DNA of 64,000 nucleotides, taken from a bacterium. Its GTDB lineage: Bacteria; SAR324; NAC60-12. This document shows, one piece after another, positions 49,642 through 58,486 of this stretch. Numbering within the stretch: the first letter of the stretch is position 1; each line of letters opens with the position of its first letter. Made by a program: the position numbers and the translations under genes. Location of the stretch: assembly GCA_965233585.1 (NCBI GenBank), contig CBDDTI010000746.1, positions 96,001 through 160,000 of the forward strand, in the 5' to 3' direction. The notes below the pieces were generated by a model. It made no database searches, was not told where the DNA came from, and saw nothing but the letters and a program-made list of their open reading frames with translations.

Positions 49642-50108
49642 TGAGATTTGTCCTAATTTCCATCTTCTACCTGTTCTCTTTTGTTGCTTTTGCTCAGTCA
49701 TTAAACGAAGCTGCGCAAGAAAGTCGGATTCGTGATTTGTACACACAATTCCGTTGCCCAACCTGTCAAGGTCTTTCTGTCAAGGATTCTCAAGCAGGAT
49801 TTTCCCGAGAGATTCGTGAAAAAATTCAGCAGATGGTCAGGTCTGGTCAAACTGACGAACAGATTAAAGCATTCTTTGTCAAACGTTACGGTGACTGGAT
49901 TTTGCGGGCGCCTCCAAAAGAAGGATTTAATCTTGTGTTATGGATTGCCCCTTTTGCCTTGTTGCTGATTGCAGGTGTGTTCACTGCCAAAATGGTTTTA
50001 CGTTCCACAGAAAAACTCAAAGTCTCACAAAAAATGGACGATGAACCCCTCAGCGAACAGGAATTGCAGATTGTAGAAAGAGACCTTCAACGATTCAAAA
50101 AAAGTTGA
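49641..50108 (+). CDS. ccmH: Cytochrome c biogenesis protein CcmH
   Basis: RCPTCQG.S, RYG..IL..PP, LW..P. Confidence 0.9.
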   Translation: MRFVLISIFYLFSFVAFAQSLNEAAQESRIRDLYTQFRCPTCQGLSVKDSQAGFSREIREKIQQMVRSGQTDEQIKAFFVKRYGDWILRAPPKEGFNLVLWIAPFALLLIAGVFTAKMVLRSTEKLKVSQKMDDEPLSEQELQIVERDLQRFKKS

Positions 50109-50869
50109 CTTTCTTCTCCATCATTACTCCCTCCTTTCAATCTGGGACGCTTCTCCCCAAAACTTGCGAAAGTTTGTACAGCCAAGATTTCACATCGTAT
50201 GAGCATCTCATCGTAGATGGAGGTTCAACTGATGGTACAGTGGAGTGGTTGCAACAAAACCTACCTGAACATTCTCGTTACCTTTCAGAACCAGACCAAG
50301 GCATCTATGATGCGATCAATAAGGGGATTCAGATGGCTAGTGGACAACTCGTTAATATTTTGAATGCAGGAGACTTGCTTGAACCCAATGCTTTAAGTTT
50401 CATGGCTCAAGAATATCAAAAAATTCCTTTTGAGATGGCTGTCGGAAAGTATTACTGGATTTATCCAAAGCAAGATATTTTAGTCACACCAAACCTTGTC
50501 AAACTGGCTCAAGGATACCCCATTTGCCATCAAGCTGTTTTTTATTCTCGCCAACTTCATGAAACATTAGGGTTATACGATTTAAGATACCCCAAAGCGG
50601 CAGATTATAAATTCATCAGACAACAAAAATGGATTCACGAGCTTGATTTTGCGGTTTGTCGTTATGACCTGTCAGGTGTCTCTGCCAAACATTTTCTGGA
50701 ATATGCAAAAGAAGTCTTAGAAATTGACAGAGAACTTGGAGTTCCCATTTGGAGACGTGAGATGACTTATTGGAACAAGTGGTGGCGTTTTCAAATCCGA
50801 AATCTTCTAAAAAGCCTTCGGATTGATTTTTTTCTTCTGATTTATAGAAAAATCATACATTCAAGCTAA
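50105..50869 (+). CDS. Glycosyltransferase family 2 (WcaE-like)
   Basis: SIITPS, VDGGSTDGT, SEPDQGIYDAINKG, CHQA, ADY. Confidence 0.9.
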   Translation: MTFFSIITPSFQSGTLLPKTCESLYSQDFTSYEHLIVDGGSTDGTVEWLQQNLPEHSRYLSEPDQGIYDAINKGIQMASGQLVNILNAGDLLEPNALSFMAQEYQKIPFEMAVGKYYWIYPKQDILVTPNLVKLAQGYPICHQAVFYSRQLHETLGLYDLRYPKAADYKFIRQQKWIHELDFAVCRYDLSGVSAKHFLEYAKEVLEIDRELGVPIWRREMTYWNKWWRFQIRNLLKSLRIDFFLLIYRKIIHSS

Positions 50870-50896
50870 AGTTTAGGGAGGGGAAGCCGATACGTT

Positions 50897-50916
50897 AGTT
50901 AAACCAATGTTTAACT
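50897..50916. promoter_or_regulatory. Perfect inverted repeat, possible operator or hairpin
   Basis: AGTTAAAC-caat-GTTTAACT just upstream of a small basic ORF. Confidence 0.35.
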
Positions 50917-50935
50917 TGTCATGTCAAAGGCTCCC

Positions 50936-51082
50936 ATGAAAAAGAAATCCAACAAAATCATCACCATCCCTAACTCTCGCAAAAAACGTTTTCACAGACT
51001 GACACCTGAAGAGGTGTTAATTCGCAAAGAAGAAAGTTGCAGAACTCGCCTGAGACGCAAAAGAAGACGTTCAAGAAAATAA
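50936..51082 (+). CDS. Small, very basic hypothetical protein (48 aa)
   Basis: MKKKSNKIITIPNSRKKRFHRLTPEEVLIRKEESCRTRLRRKRRRSRK*; fills the intergenic gap and stops 8 bp from the convergent gene; in-frame alternative ATG at 50921. Confidence 0.45.
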   Translation: MKKKSNKIITIPNSRKKRFHRLTPEEVLIRKEESCRTRLRRKRRRSRK

Positions 51083-51090
51083 GAAATTTT

Positions 51091-51645
51091 CTACTTCCAC
51101 TTGATGTTGCAACCCAGACTAGGCTTTTGATGAGCTGGAATGTCTTTGCCTTCAAGGAGGCAATCCATTGCTTGTTTTAAGTCTTGACCTGTAACCGCAA
51201 CCCCGCTGTTTGGACGAGAATCATCAAATTGTCCACGATAGACGCATTCCAACTTCTGGTCAAATAGATAAAAGTCAGGAGTGCATGCTGCCTGATACGC
51301 CTTTGCAACTTCCTGTGTTTCATCAAAAAGATAAGGAAATTGAAAGCCAAATTGTTCTGCAAATTCTTTCATTTTTTCAGGAGAATCGTCAGGGTAATTT
51401 GCAACATCATTAGCACTGATTGCAGCAAAGGCAACCCCTTTTTTCATGTACTCGTGAGCCACTTGAACCAAAACTTCTCTAATTGCAATCACAAAAGGAC
51501 AGTGGTTACAGATGAACATCACGACGATAGGTCGCACCTGACTGATTTGCTCAAGTTTCATTTGTTGACCTGAAACAACGTCAGGCAGTGAAAAATCAGG
51601 AGCAACTGCCCCTAGTGGAATCATGTTTGAGGGTGTTCTAGCCAT
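51091..51645 (-). CDS. Thioredoxin-fold AhpC/TSA (PRX-like) protein
   Basis: FICNHCPFV, YPDDSPE, A.CTPDF, YRGQFDDSRP, GCNIKWK. Confidence 0.9.
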   Translation of the reverse strand: MARTPSNMIPLGAVAPDFSLPDVVSGQQMKLEQISQVRPIVVMFICNHCPFVIAIREVLVQVAHEYMKKGVAFAAISANDVANYPDDSPEKMKEFAEQFGFQFPYLFDETQEVAKAYQAACTPDFYLFDQKLECVYRGQFDDSRPNSGVAVTGQDLKQAMDCLLEGKDIPAHQKPSLGCNIKWK

Positions 51646-52066
51646 ATTTAATTTTTCCTATTGGTCATTGTTAAAAAACGAAACACGGGGCCAATTTTAA
51701 AATGAAAATTAACACCTTGTCATCAAAAATTTACTGCATTTTAGCATGTTTGGCAATGCTGTTTTTGACCTTTTGAATCAATAATCCTGTCAGAGTCCTG
51801 TCTTTTTATTTTTCCTAAATTTTACATTTTTTAACAATTCTCAAAGTTTTAAGTCACTCATTAGCGCAATGATTGGTGGCTGTCACAGTCTTTGGTCTTC
51901 CATAGTTCATAATCTAATTATCTTGAGTATTTGGAGAAATAACGACTAAAAACCAGCTTTGACTCACTTGACAGCAGTATCTTTGTGACATCAATGATGA
52001 AGGTTTATTTAGATTTTTTGTGTTCTTCATGCAAAAGTTTCTGATTAAAAATACAGGATAAACATC

Positions 52067-52094
52067 TTGACATAAAAATAATTCAGTCTATAAT
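52067..52094 (+). promoter_or_regulatory. Consensus sigma70 promoter for the ABC importer operon
   Basis: TTGACA-N16-TATAAT, ~105 bp upstream of ATG 52199. Confidence 0.65.
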
Positions 52095-52198
52095 CTTTTG
52101 GCTAGTGCTATTTAATTTTCAGTTATCAAGCTAAATAAAAAAAGAAGATAGCACTTATTTTTTCTGTTGCTATTGCATGAAAAATATACGAGCTGAAA

Positions 52199-53251
52199 AT
52201 GACACATCCTATAGGAAGTTTACTTAGATACAGATCGCATCTTTTGTCTGTTATGTTTTTTGCTATTATGCTTACGATTGCTGTTTTTTCTTCTGGTTTG
52301 GGCCCTGTTTCCATTGATGCCTTGACTGTTTCAAAGGTAGCAACCCATCATATCATCGGCATACCATCAGAACCATCATGGCCTCTTTACATAGACTCTA
52401 TTGTTTGGTTGGCGCGGTTGCCCAGAATTTTCATGGCAATGGCAGCAGGGGCAATATTAGCAGTTTCTGGGGCGGTTCTGCAAGCCATCATTCGCAACCC
52501 ACTTGCAGAGCCGTATGTGTTGGGAGTGAATGCGGGTGCGTCAACAGGTGCGGCATTGGTCATCACAGGTTTGAGTTTTGCTGCAGGTAGTATTGTTCAT
52601 CTTTCTATTGCGGCATTTCTCGGAGCGTTATTCGCCATGGTGTTAGTCTTATTGATTACGGGCTTTCGGGACGTGACTTCGTTCCGTTTGATCATGTCAG
52701 GGCTAGCTGTTGGCTATGGACTGAGTTCTATTACCAGCTTTCTAATATTTGCATCAGATTCTCCAGAGATGTCCCGTTCAGTAATGTTTTGGCTGATGGG
52801 ATCCATGGCTGCCATTAAATGGCAAACAGCTATTTTAACGACAGTGATCTCCATCATATTTTTGTTAATGATTATGGTGTTTTCGGGTTATTTAGATGCC
52901 ATGGCTGCAGGTGATGAGACGTCTCTAGCAGTTGGCATATCACCCAGCCAAACACGTATTTCCCTAATGGTTATCATATCCATGGGGGTTGGAGTGGTCA
53001 TAGCGGGTGCTGGTAGTATTGGGTTTGTAGGGTTGATCATTCCCCATTTTGCCAGATCCGTATTAGGCTCAAGCCACCGTTTTATGTTGCCATCATGTGC
53101 ATTTATGGGCGGAGCATTTCTGTTAATTGCAGATATGGGAGCAAGACTCCTATTTGCACCTCAAGAAATGGCGATAGGTGTGGTCACCGGTGTTATCGGC
53201 TTTCCGTTCCTAGTGTACATTTTATACTCTAGCAATTCTTGTTCAAAATAA
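52199..53251 (+). CDS. FecCD/BtuC-family ABC permease
   Basis: RLPR, RNPLAEPY.LG, FW..GS, IGFVGL..PH. Confidence 0.92.
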   Translation: MTHPIGSLLRYRSHLLSVMFFAIMLTIAVFSSGLGPVSIDALTVSKVATHHIIGIPSEPSWPLYIDSIVWLARLPRIFMAMAAGAILAVSGAVLQAIIRNPLAEPYVLGVNAGASTGAALVITGLSFAAGSIVHLSIAAFLGALFAMVLVLLITGFRDVTSFRLIMSGLAVGYGLSSITSFLIFASDSPEMSRSVMFWLMGSMAAIKWQTAILTTVISIIFLLMIMVFSGYLDAMAAGDETSLAVGISPSQTRISLMVIISMGVGVVIAGAGSIGFVGLIIPHFARSVLGSSHRFMLPSCAFMGGAFLLIADMGARLLFAPQEMAIGVVTGVIGFPFLVYILYSSNSCSK

Positions 53252-53297
53252 GACTTGCTACTATTCATTATATTAATATCTTAATTCAAGGATAATT

Positions 53298-54272
53298 ATG
53301 ACTCATATTCTCAAAAAAACATATTTAGCAGCATCTGGTTTGTCTCTGATGCTTGCCAGTCAGACCACCATCCTAGCAGACGGTCACTTCCCAGTTACAG
53401 TTGAAAACTGCGGTGTACAAGTCACCATTGCCAAACAACCCAAGCGGGTATTCTTGGTAAACAATGACAGTATTTCTCTAGTTGATGAGGTAAATAGCTT
53501 AGACACCATCATTGCTAGAACTGCTACACCCGTTAAAGGCGCATACACAGATCAAGTCATGGAAATGATGGCAGATGTTCCTTTAGTGTCTAAGAAGAAA
53601 AATGACACTGGAGGTTCTATTATCACGTTGGAATCTGTGTTATCTTATCAACCTGATTTAGTGCTATCTCCTGATAGTTCTGTTGACCGTGATGCACTAG
53701 CTCAAAGTGGCATTCCCCTATATTCTCCCCCTGCCTTCTGCAAAGATAAAAGCAAACGTCCATCAGGTGATGCTAGCTACCAACTGGTCTATTCTGAACT
53801 GAAAAACTATGGCAAAATGTTTGGTCAAAGAGACTTGGCTAGTCAAAAAATTGCTAAACTAAAAGCCATTGCATCAAATCCCGGTGGATTAGGTAAATTT
53901 GGGGGTACTGGTGCAGCATTCTATGTTGGTGGTAATGGCACTCTATACCCCTACGGTGCTGGAAGTATGGTCACCCCCATTTTTAATGCCGTTGGTATTA
54001 AAAATGTTTACGAAGGTGAGAAACAACGTGTGTTTGAGGTTAGCATGGAGGACATTCTAGGTAAAAACCCTGATACTGTCGTCCTGTTGTTAGCATCAGG
54101 TACTGCAGAAGACCTAGTGAACAAGTTCTATTCTATCAGCGGTACTGAATCCCTAAACGCAGTGAAAAATGAGAAGGTTGTCGTTTTACCATTTGCGTTC
54201 ACTGATCCGCCCACACCTCATTCTGTATATGGTGCAAAAGAATTAGCAAAACGCCTATCAGAATTGAGGTGA
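53298..54272 (+). CDS. ABC substrate-binding protein (iron-siderophore/cobalamin class)
   Basis: Signal peptide, FPVTVENCG, P.RV, E.VL...PDLV, AVKN.KV. Confidence 0.85.
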   Translation: MTHILKKTYLAASGLSLMLASQTTILADGHFPVTVENCGVQVTIAKQPKRVFLVNNDSISLVDEVNSLDTIIARTATPVKGAYTDQVMEMMADVPLVSKKKNDTGGSIITLESVLSYQPDLVLSPDSSVDRDALAQSGIPLYSPPAFCKDKSKRPSGDASYQLVYSELKNYGKMFGQRDLASQKIAKLKAIASNPGGLGKFGGTGAAFYVGGNGTLYPYGAGSMVTPIFNAVGIKNVYEGEKQRVFEVSMEDILGKNPDTVVLLLASGTAEDLVNKFYSISGTESLNAVKNEKVVVLPFAFTDPPTPHSVYGAKELAKRLSELR

Positions 54273-55025
54273 ATGATCAAAGCTAACAATTTATGTTTTT
54301 CCCGACAGGGAAAGTCCATATTAAATTCTGTTAGTCTGACTTTGGAACAGAGCGAAACCCTTGGTGTCATCGGTCCCAACGGTTGCGGAAAAACCACTTT
54401 ACTTCGCCTTTTATTTGGGGCGGAGCAAGTGGATCGTGGCTCCATTACTCTAAATGGTCACCCTCTAAAAGGAATGAATCGCAAACACATTGCCCGAAAC
54501 ATCGCTTACATGCCGCAGGAACGTCCTGTTGATTTTGGACAAACGGTGATGGATTTAGTTATGCTAGGGAGGTTGTGCCACCATGGTTTGTTATCTGTTC
54601 GGAATGAGGATGATACGAACCATGCCAAACAAGCTTTAGAAAAGGTTGGTCTCACTCATTTACAAGACCGTAAAATATCCAATTTGTCAGGGGGTGAAAT
54701 TCAACGCGTTCTGATTGCTCGAACTTTGTGTCAAGGAGCCGATGTTATCTTCTTAGATGAACCTACCAATCATTTAGACATCAGCTATCAAATAGAAATT
54801 CTTGATTTGATTACCCGCTTAAACTGTTCATCAATACTGGTATTACACGATATAAATTTGGCATCACGTTACTGCGATCGTATCATGCTGTTAAATAATG
54901 GTTGCATTCATGCTATTGGAACGCCGCAACAGGTTTTAACAGAACAAAATCTATCCCACGTCTATCAAATCCAAATGACCTGTATGCAGGATACAAGAGA
55001 CCGATTGCATGTCGTGGTGAATTAA
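54273..55025 (+). CDS. ABC ATP-binding protein (FecE/BtuD-like)
   Basis: GPNGCGKTT, LSGGE.QR, LDEPTNHLD, LHDINLA. Confidence 0.93.
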   Translation: MIKANNLCFSRQGKSILNSVSLTLEQSETLGVIGPNGCGKTTLLRLLFGAEQVDRGSITLNGHPLKGMNRKHIARNIAYMPQERPVDFGQTVMDLVMLGRLCHHGLLSVRNEDDTNHAKQALEKVGLTHLQDRKISNLSGGEIQRVLIARTLCQGADVIFLDEPTNHLDISYQIEILDLITRLNCSSILVLHDINLASRYCDRIMLLNNGCIHAIGTPQQVLTEQNLSHVYQIQMTCMQDTRDRLHVVVN

Positions 55026-55075
55026 ATCTCTTATGACACTCCAAATTTATTTGTACAAATTTTAAAGAACAACCC

Positions 55076-55849
55076 ATGAATACATCGGACATTACACCTC
55101 AATCCCTATTGGAAAGGTGGCACAAACAGCAAACAGGATTTATTAAATACCGTACCCTAAAAATAGAAATGATGGCAACGGTGGTGAGTCATGTGGGTGG
55201 TGAAGCTCCTAAAGTCTTAGATCTGGCCTGTGGACCCGGTGCATTGACTGACTTCATACTTAAACAAAACCCCAACGCTGAGATTATTGCCGTTGACAAA
55301 GACCCTCTCTTGTTAGCGATTGCCAGCGATGTTTACAGAAATGACAACAGGGTTACTGTGCTTGAGGTAGATTTAGACCACCGCAACTGGGTAGATACGG
55401 TCACATCCTTTTGTAATCGCCCCTTTGATGCGGTTGTTAGTGCTACTGCACTGCACTGGCTAGAACCACATATTTTAACCAATGTTTATATTGACCTGTA
55501 TCATCTAGTGCGTGATGGAGGTATTGTGATGAATTCGGACAGCCTATACCACCATCAAAGCTATAAACCCATGATGCGAGCCTTATCAGATAAACTGGAG
55601 AGAGAACACGAAGAAAATAGTTTTGGCATCATCGCTGACAGTTGGGATCATTGGTTTGCACTGGCGGAATCATACCCTGATTATGCTGATGCGGTAGAAC
55701 ACCGTAAACAGGTATGGCCCCAAGAAAAAAGACAGTTCCCCAATGCAACACTAGGCTTTCATCTGGAAGCCTTACGCAGTGCTGGCTTTCGTGAAGTGGA
55801 TACGATATGGCAATACTTCAATGATACCACCGTGTATGCCTTCCGTTAA
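55076..55849 (+). CDS. Class I SAM-dependent methyltransferase
   Basis: VLDLACGPG, VD.DP.LL, FDAVVSATALHWL, L..AGF. Confidence 0.88.
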   Translation: MNTSDITPQSLLERWHKQQTGFIKYRTLKIEMMATVVSHVGGEAPKVLDLACGPGALTDFILKQNPNAEIIAVDKDPLLLAIASDVYRNDNRVTVLEVDLDHRNWVDTVTSFCNRPFDAVVSATALHWLEPHILTNVYIDLYHLVRDGGIVMNSDSLYHHQSYKPMMRALSDKLEREHEENSFGIIADSWDHWFALAESYPDYADAVEHRKQVWPQEKRQFPNATLGFHLEALRSAGFREVDTIWQYFNDTTVYAFR

Positions 55850-55911
55850 TACAAGAACCTCATTAAATACTTGAACTTTAGTGCATATCAAGACAAAAAC
55901 CCATTTATCCG

Positions 55912-56478
55912 ATGGCTTACCAACTGAAACAAACCCCAGTACTGACCTTCATTTCGTCTAATGAAGGCAAAAGACAAGAGCTTCAACAGTCCCTTCCCTA
56001 TCCTGTCAGACTCCAGCAGATTGACCTTGAAGAAATTCAAACTGCTGATTTGGAAACTTTAGTTTTGCATAAACTGAAACAGGCAAAGCAGGTTGTGACA
56101 GATGGTATTTTGGTTGAAGACACCTCCTTAATTTTTACAGCATGGGGGAAGCTACCGGGTCCATTCATCAAATTTTTTTTGCAAGAAATTCATTTGGCAG
56201 AATTTCATAAAATGTTACAAGTGCAGGATCATTTTGAGGCAAAAGCGATTTCTATCATAGGTTTGTTTCATCAAGGGAAGACACTGATTTTTAGAGGAGA
56301 AATAGACGGGCAAATCGTTCTACCTCGTGGGGAAAATGGTTTTGGGTGGGATTCTATTTTTCAGCCGCAAGGAACTTTCAAGACATTCGCAGAAATGGAA
56401 GATGAGGAAAAGCAGGACTATTCCATGCGTCAAATTGCCCTTGACAAATTAACTTGCTATCTTAACCACCTGTCTTAA
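55912..56478 (+). CDS. Non-canonical purine NTP pyrophosphatase (Ham1/ITPase)
   Basis: SN.GK, EIQ, VEDTSL, LPGPFIK, FGWD.IF, TFAEM, SMR. Confidence 0.9.
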   Translation: MAYQLKQTPVLTFISSNEGKRQELQQSLPYPVRLQQIDLEEIQTADLETLVLHKLKQAKQVVTDGILVEDTSLIFTAWGKLPGPFIKFFLQEIHLAEFHKMLQVQDHFEAKAISIIGLFHQGKTLIFRGEIDGQIVLPRGENGFGWDSIFQPQGTFKTFAEMEDEEKQDYSMRQIALDKLTCYLNHLS

Positions 56479-57408
56479 CTCCTTAGGCAATGCAAACACG
56501 ACATTTTCATCAATCATTTTAATTTCTTGAGTAGTAGCATTGCTTGAAAGACTTTCCAATTTTTTCAGAATCTCTTTGACAAGTTCTTCTGGTGCTGATG
56601 CCCCCGCAGTGACTCCAATCATTTTTGAGTCTTTGATGTCTTCGGGGTCAATTTCAGAAGCTGATTCAATACGTTTCGCACGAACTCCTGTTTGTTCTGC
56701 CACTTCAACAAGTCTCAAAGTATTTGAGCTGTTAGATGCCCCAACAACAAAAACAAAGTCTGTCTGTTTTGCCAGCATTTTGACAGCATTTTGACGATTT
56801 TGAGTGGCGTAACAGACATCAGATTTTGCAGGTCCCTGAATGTTGGGAAAGCGTGTTTTGAGAGCATGGACGATTTCTGCAGTATCATCAATGGAAAGCG
56901 TGGTTTGCGTTATATACGCAAGTTTAGTATCAGAAGAAAACTGCAATGCTTCTACATCTTTTTTGTTTTCTACAATGACAATGTTCTCAGGCGATTGACC
57001 AACTGTGCCTTGCACTTCAACATGATTGCGATGCCCTATCAGAACGATACGATACCCTTCTCGTGCGTATCGCTTGGCTTCAAGATGAACTTTAGTGACA
57101 AGCGGGCATGTGGCATCAATACTCTTCAAGCCAAGTCTTGTCGCTTCTTCTCTGACTTGAGGTGAAATGCCATGAGCTGAAAAGATGACATAAGCACCTT
57201 TGGGGATTTCTTCTAAATGCTCAACAAAAATAGCGCCTTGATGTTCTAGTTTTTGGACAACATGAGGATTATGAACAATTTGATGCCTCACATAAATCGG
57301 AGGTCCGTAGAACTCCAATGCTTTTTCTACGATTGTCACTGCACGATGCACTCCTGCACAAAACCCTCTGGGGCTTGCTAACATCAGGTTGAAATTGAAA
57401 TCTTCCAT
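56449..57408 (-). CDS. ispH: 4-hydroxy-3-methylbut-2-enyl diphosphate reductase
   Basis: PRGFCAGV, IVHN, SAHG, DATCPLV.KVH, QTTLS, CYATQNRQ, SSN, TAGASAPE. Confidence 0.97.
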   Translation of the reverse strand: MEDFNFNLMLASPRGFCAGVHRAVTIVEKALEFYGPPIYVRHQIVHNPHVVQKLEHQGAIFVEHLEEIPKGAYVIFSAHGISPQVREEATRLGLKSIDATCPLVTKVHLEAKRYAREGYRIVLIGHRNHVEVQGTVGQSPENIVIVENKKDVEALQFSSDTKLAYITQTTLSIDDTAEIVHALKTRFPNIQGPAKSDVCYATQNRQNAVKMLAKQTDFVFVVGASNSSNTLRLVEVAEQTGVRAKRIESASEIDPEDIKDSKMIGVTAGASAPEELVKEILKKLESLSSNATTQEIKMIDENVVFALPKELRQVVKIAS

Positions 57409-57412
57409 ATAT

Positions 57413-58354
57413 CTAATCCAACTCTTGTAAAAACTTTCTTTCTGAACTCAATAGCAATGTTACTTGGTCATTGAGGGTGGTACGATAAGCATCATGGGTT
57501 CTTAAAAACCTAAAAAAATCGGGGTCTTTGCCATAAGCCTTAGCGTAAATTTCAAGGGCAATCGCATCTGCGGCACCTCTGACTTCTTCTGCAATCCTTG
57601 TGGATTCAGACAAGATGTCTATTCTCTCTCTTTCCGCTTGGGAACGAATTTTTAGTGCTTCTTCATCTCCTTCAGAACGGTATCGTTTTGCATCTCGCCT
57701 GCGTTCTGCGATCATACGACCGTAAACGGCTTGACTGTTAGAAGAGGGTAAATCTGCACGCTTGACACGAACATCGGTAATATCAATGCCCAAATTTTTC
57801 ACATTCTCCCGAGAAGAACTCGTAATTTCTTCAATGATAGCTTGCCTCAAGATAGAATCATCAGAACGATTTTTCAACTCACTAAATGATGACTCGCCTG
57901 AAACAATCTCGCTCAAAGTATGTTTCCCAAGCACTCGCCTCACTTGTGAATAAATCACATCGTCTAATCGGGATTGCGCTGCTGAAATACTTCCACCTCT
58001 CATGGCTCTATAAAACACGAGAGGATCCACAATTTTCCACTTGGCATAATTGTCAACAGACATCTCTTTTTTGTCTTTGGTAATGACAGAACCAGGCTCT
58101 GCATCGTAAGTCAGCAACCTGTTATCCACAAGAAAAATTTTAGTAATCAGTGGAATTTTAAAATAAAGTCCGGGTTCTTTGTAAATCTGAACAGGGTCTC
58201 CCAGACGAATTTTGACAGCAAACTGCGTTTGGTCAACAATAAATGCTGACAAGTAAATTCCAACCACAACTAAAAACCCAAGGGCTAGAAAAACACGAGG
58301 ATCAAGACGTTTCAACCCACCTACAGTGCCATTAGATGACTGACTTTTTTCCAT
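57413..58354 (-). CDS. hflC: Protease modulator HflC (SPFH domain)
   Basis: PGLYFKIP, T.DKK...VD, DVRVKR.DLP, RM.AER, Y.KDP.FF.F.R; GGAGG RBS before ATG 58354. Confidence 0.9.
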   Translation of the reverse strand: MEKSQSSNGTVGGLKRLDPRVFLALGFLVVVGIYLSAFIVDQTQFAVKIRLGDPVQIYKEPGLYFKIPLITKIFLVDNRLLTYDAEPGSVITKDKKEMSVDNYAKWKIVDPLVFYRAMRGGSISAAQSRLDDVIYSQVRRVLGKHTLSEIVSGESSFSELKNRSDDSILRQAIIEEITSSSRENVKNLGIDITDVRVKRADLPSSNSQAVYGRMIAERRRDAKRYRSEGDEEALKIRSQAERERIDILSESTRIAEEVRGAADAIALEIYAKAYGKDPDFFRFLRTHDAYRTTLNDQVTLLLSSERKFLQELD

Positions 58355-58486
58355 AAACCTCCAAATAAAAATTTTCAAAAAATTAAAAAAGACCATTCTA
58401 TCAGGTTTTTAAAAAGAAATATACTTGTCTTTGTTTTGGATAACTTTCATAATTCCTTTGCCATAACCTTTTTATAAAAATCACAA

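Noticed and set aside
51646..52060. Long intergenic region as a possible ncRNA or pseudogene
   Set aside because: No convincing ORF remnant or stable structure recognised by eye
52104..52155. CIRCE element or cobalamin riboswitch in the ABC operon leader
   Set aside because: Half-sites are in the wrong order and spacing for CIRCE; the leader is short, AT-rich and lacks a B12 box
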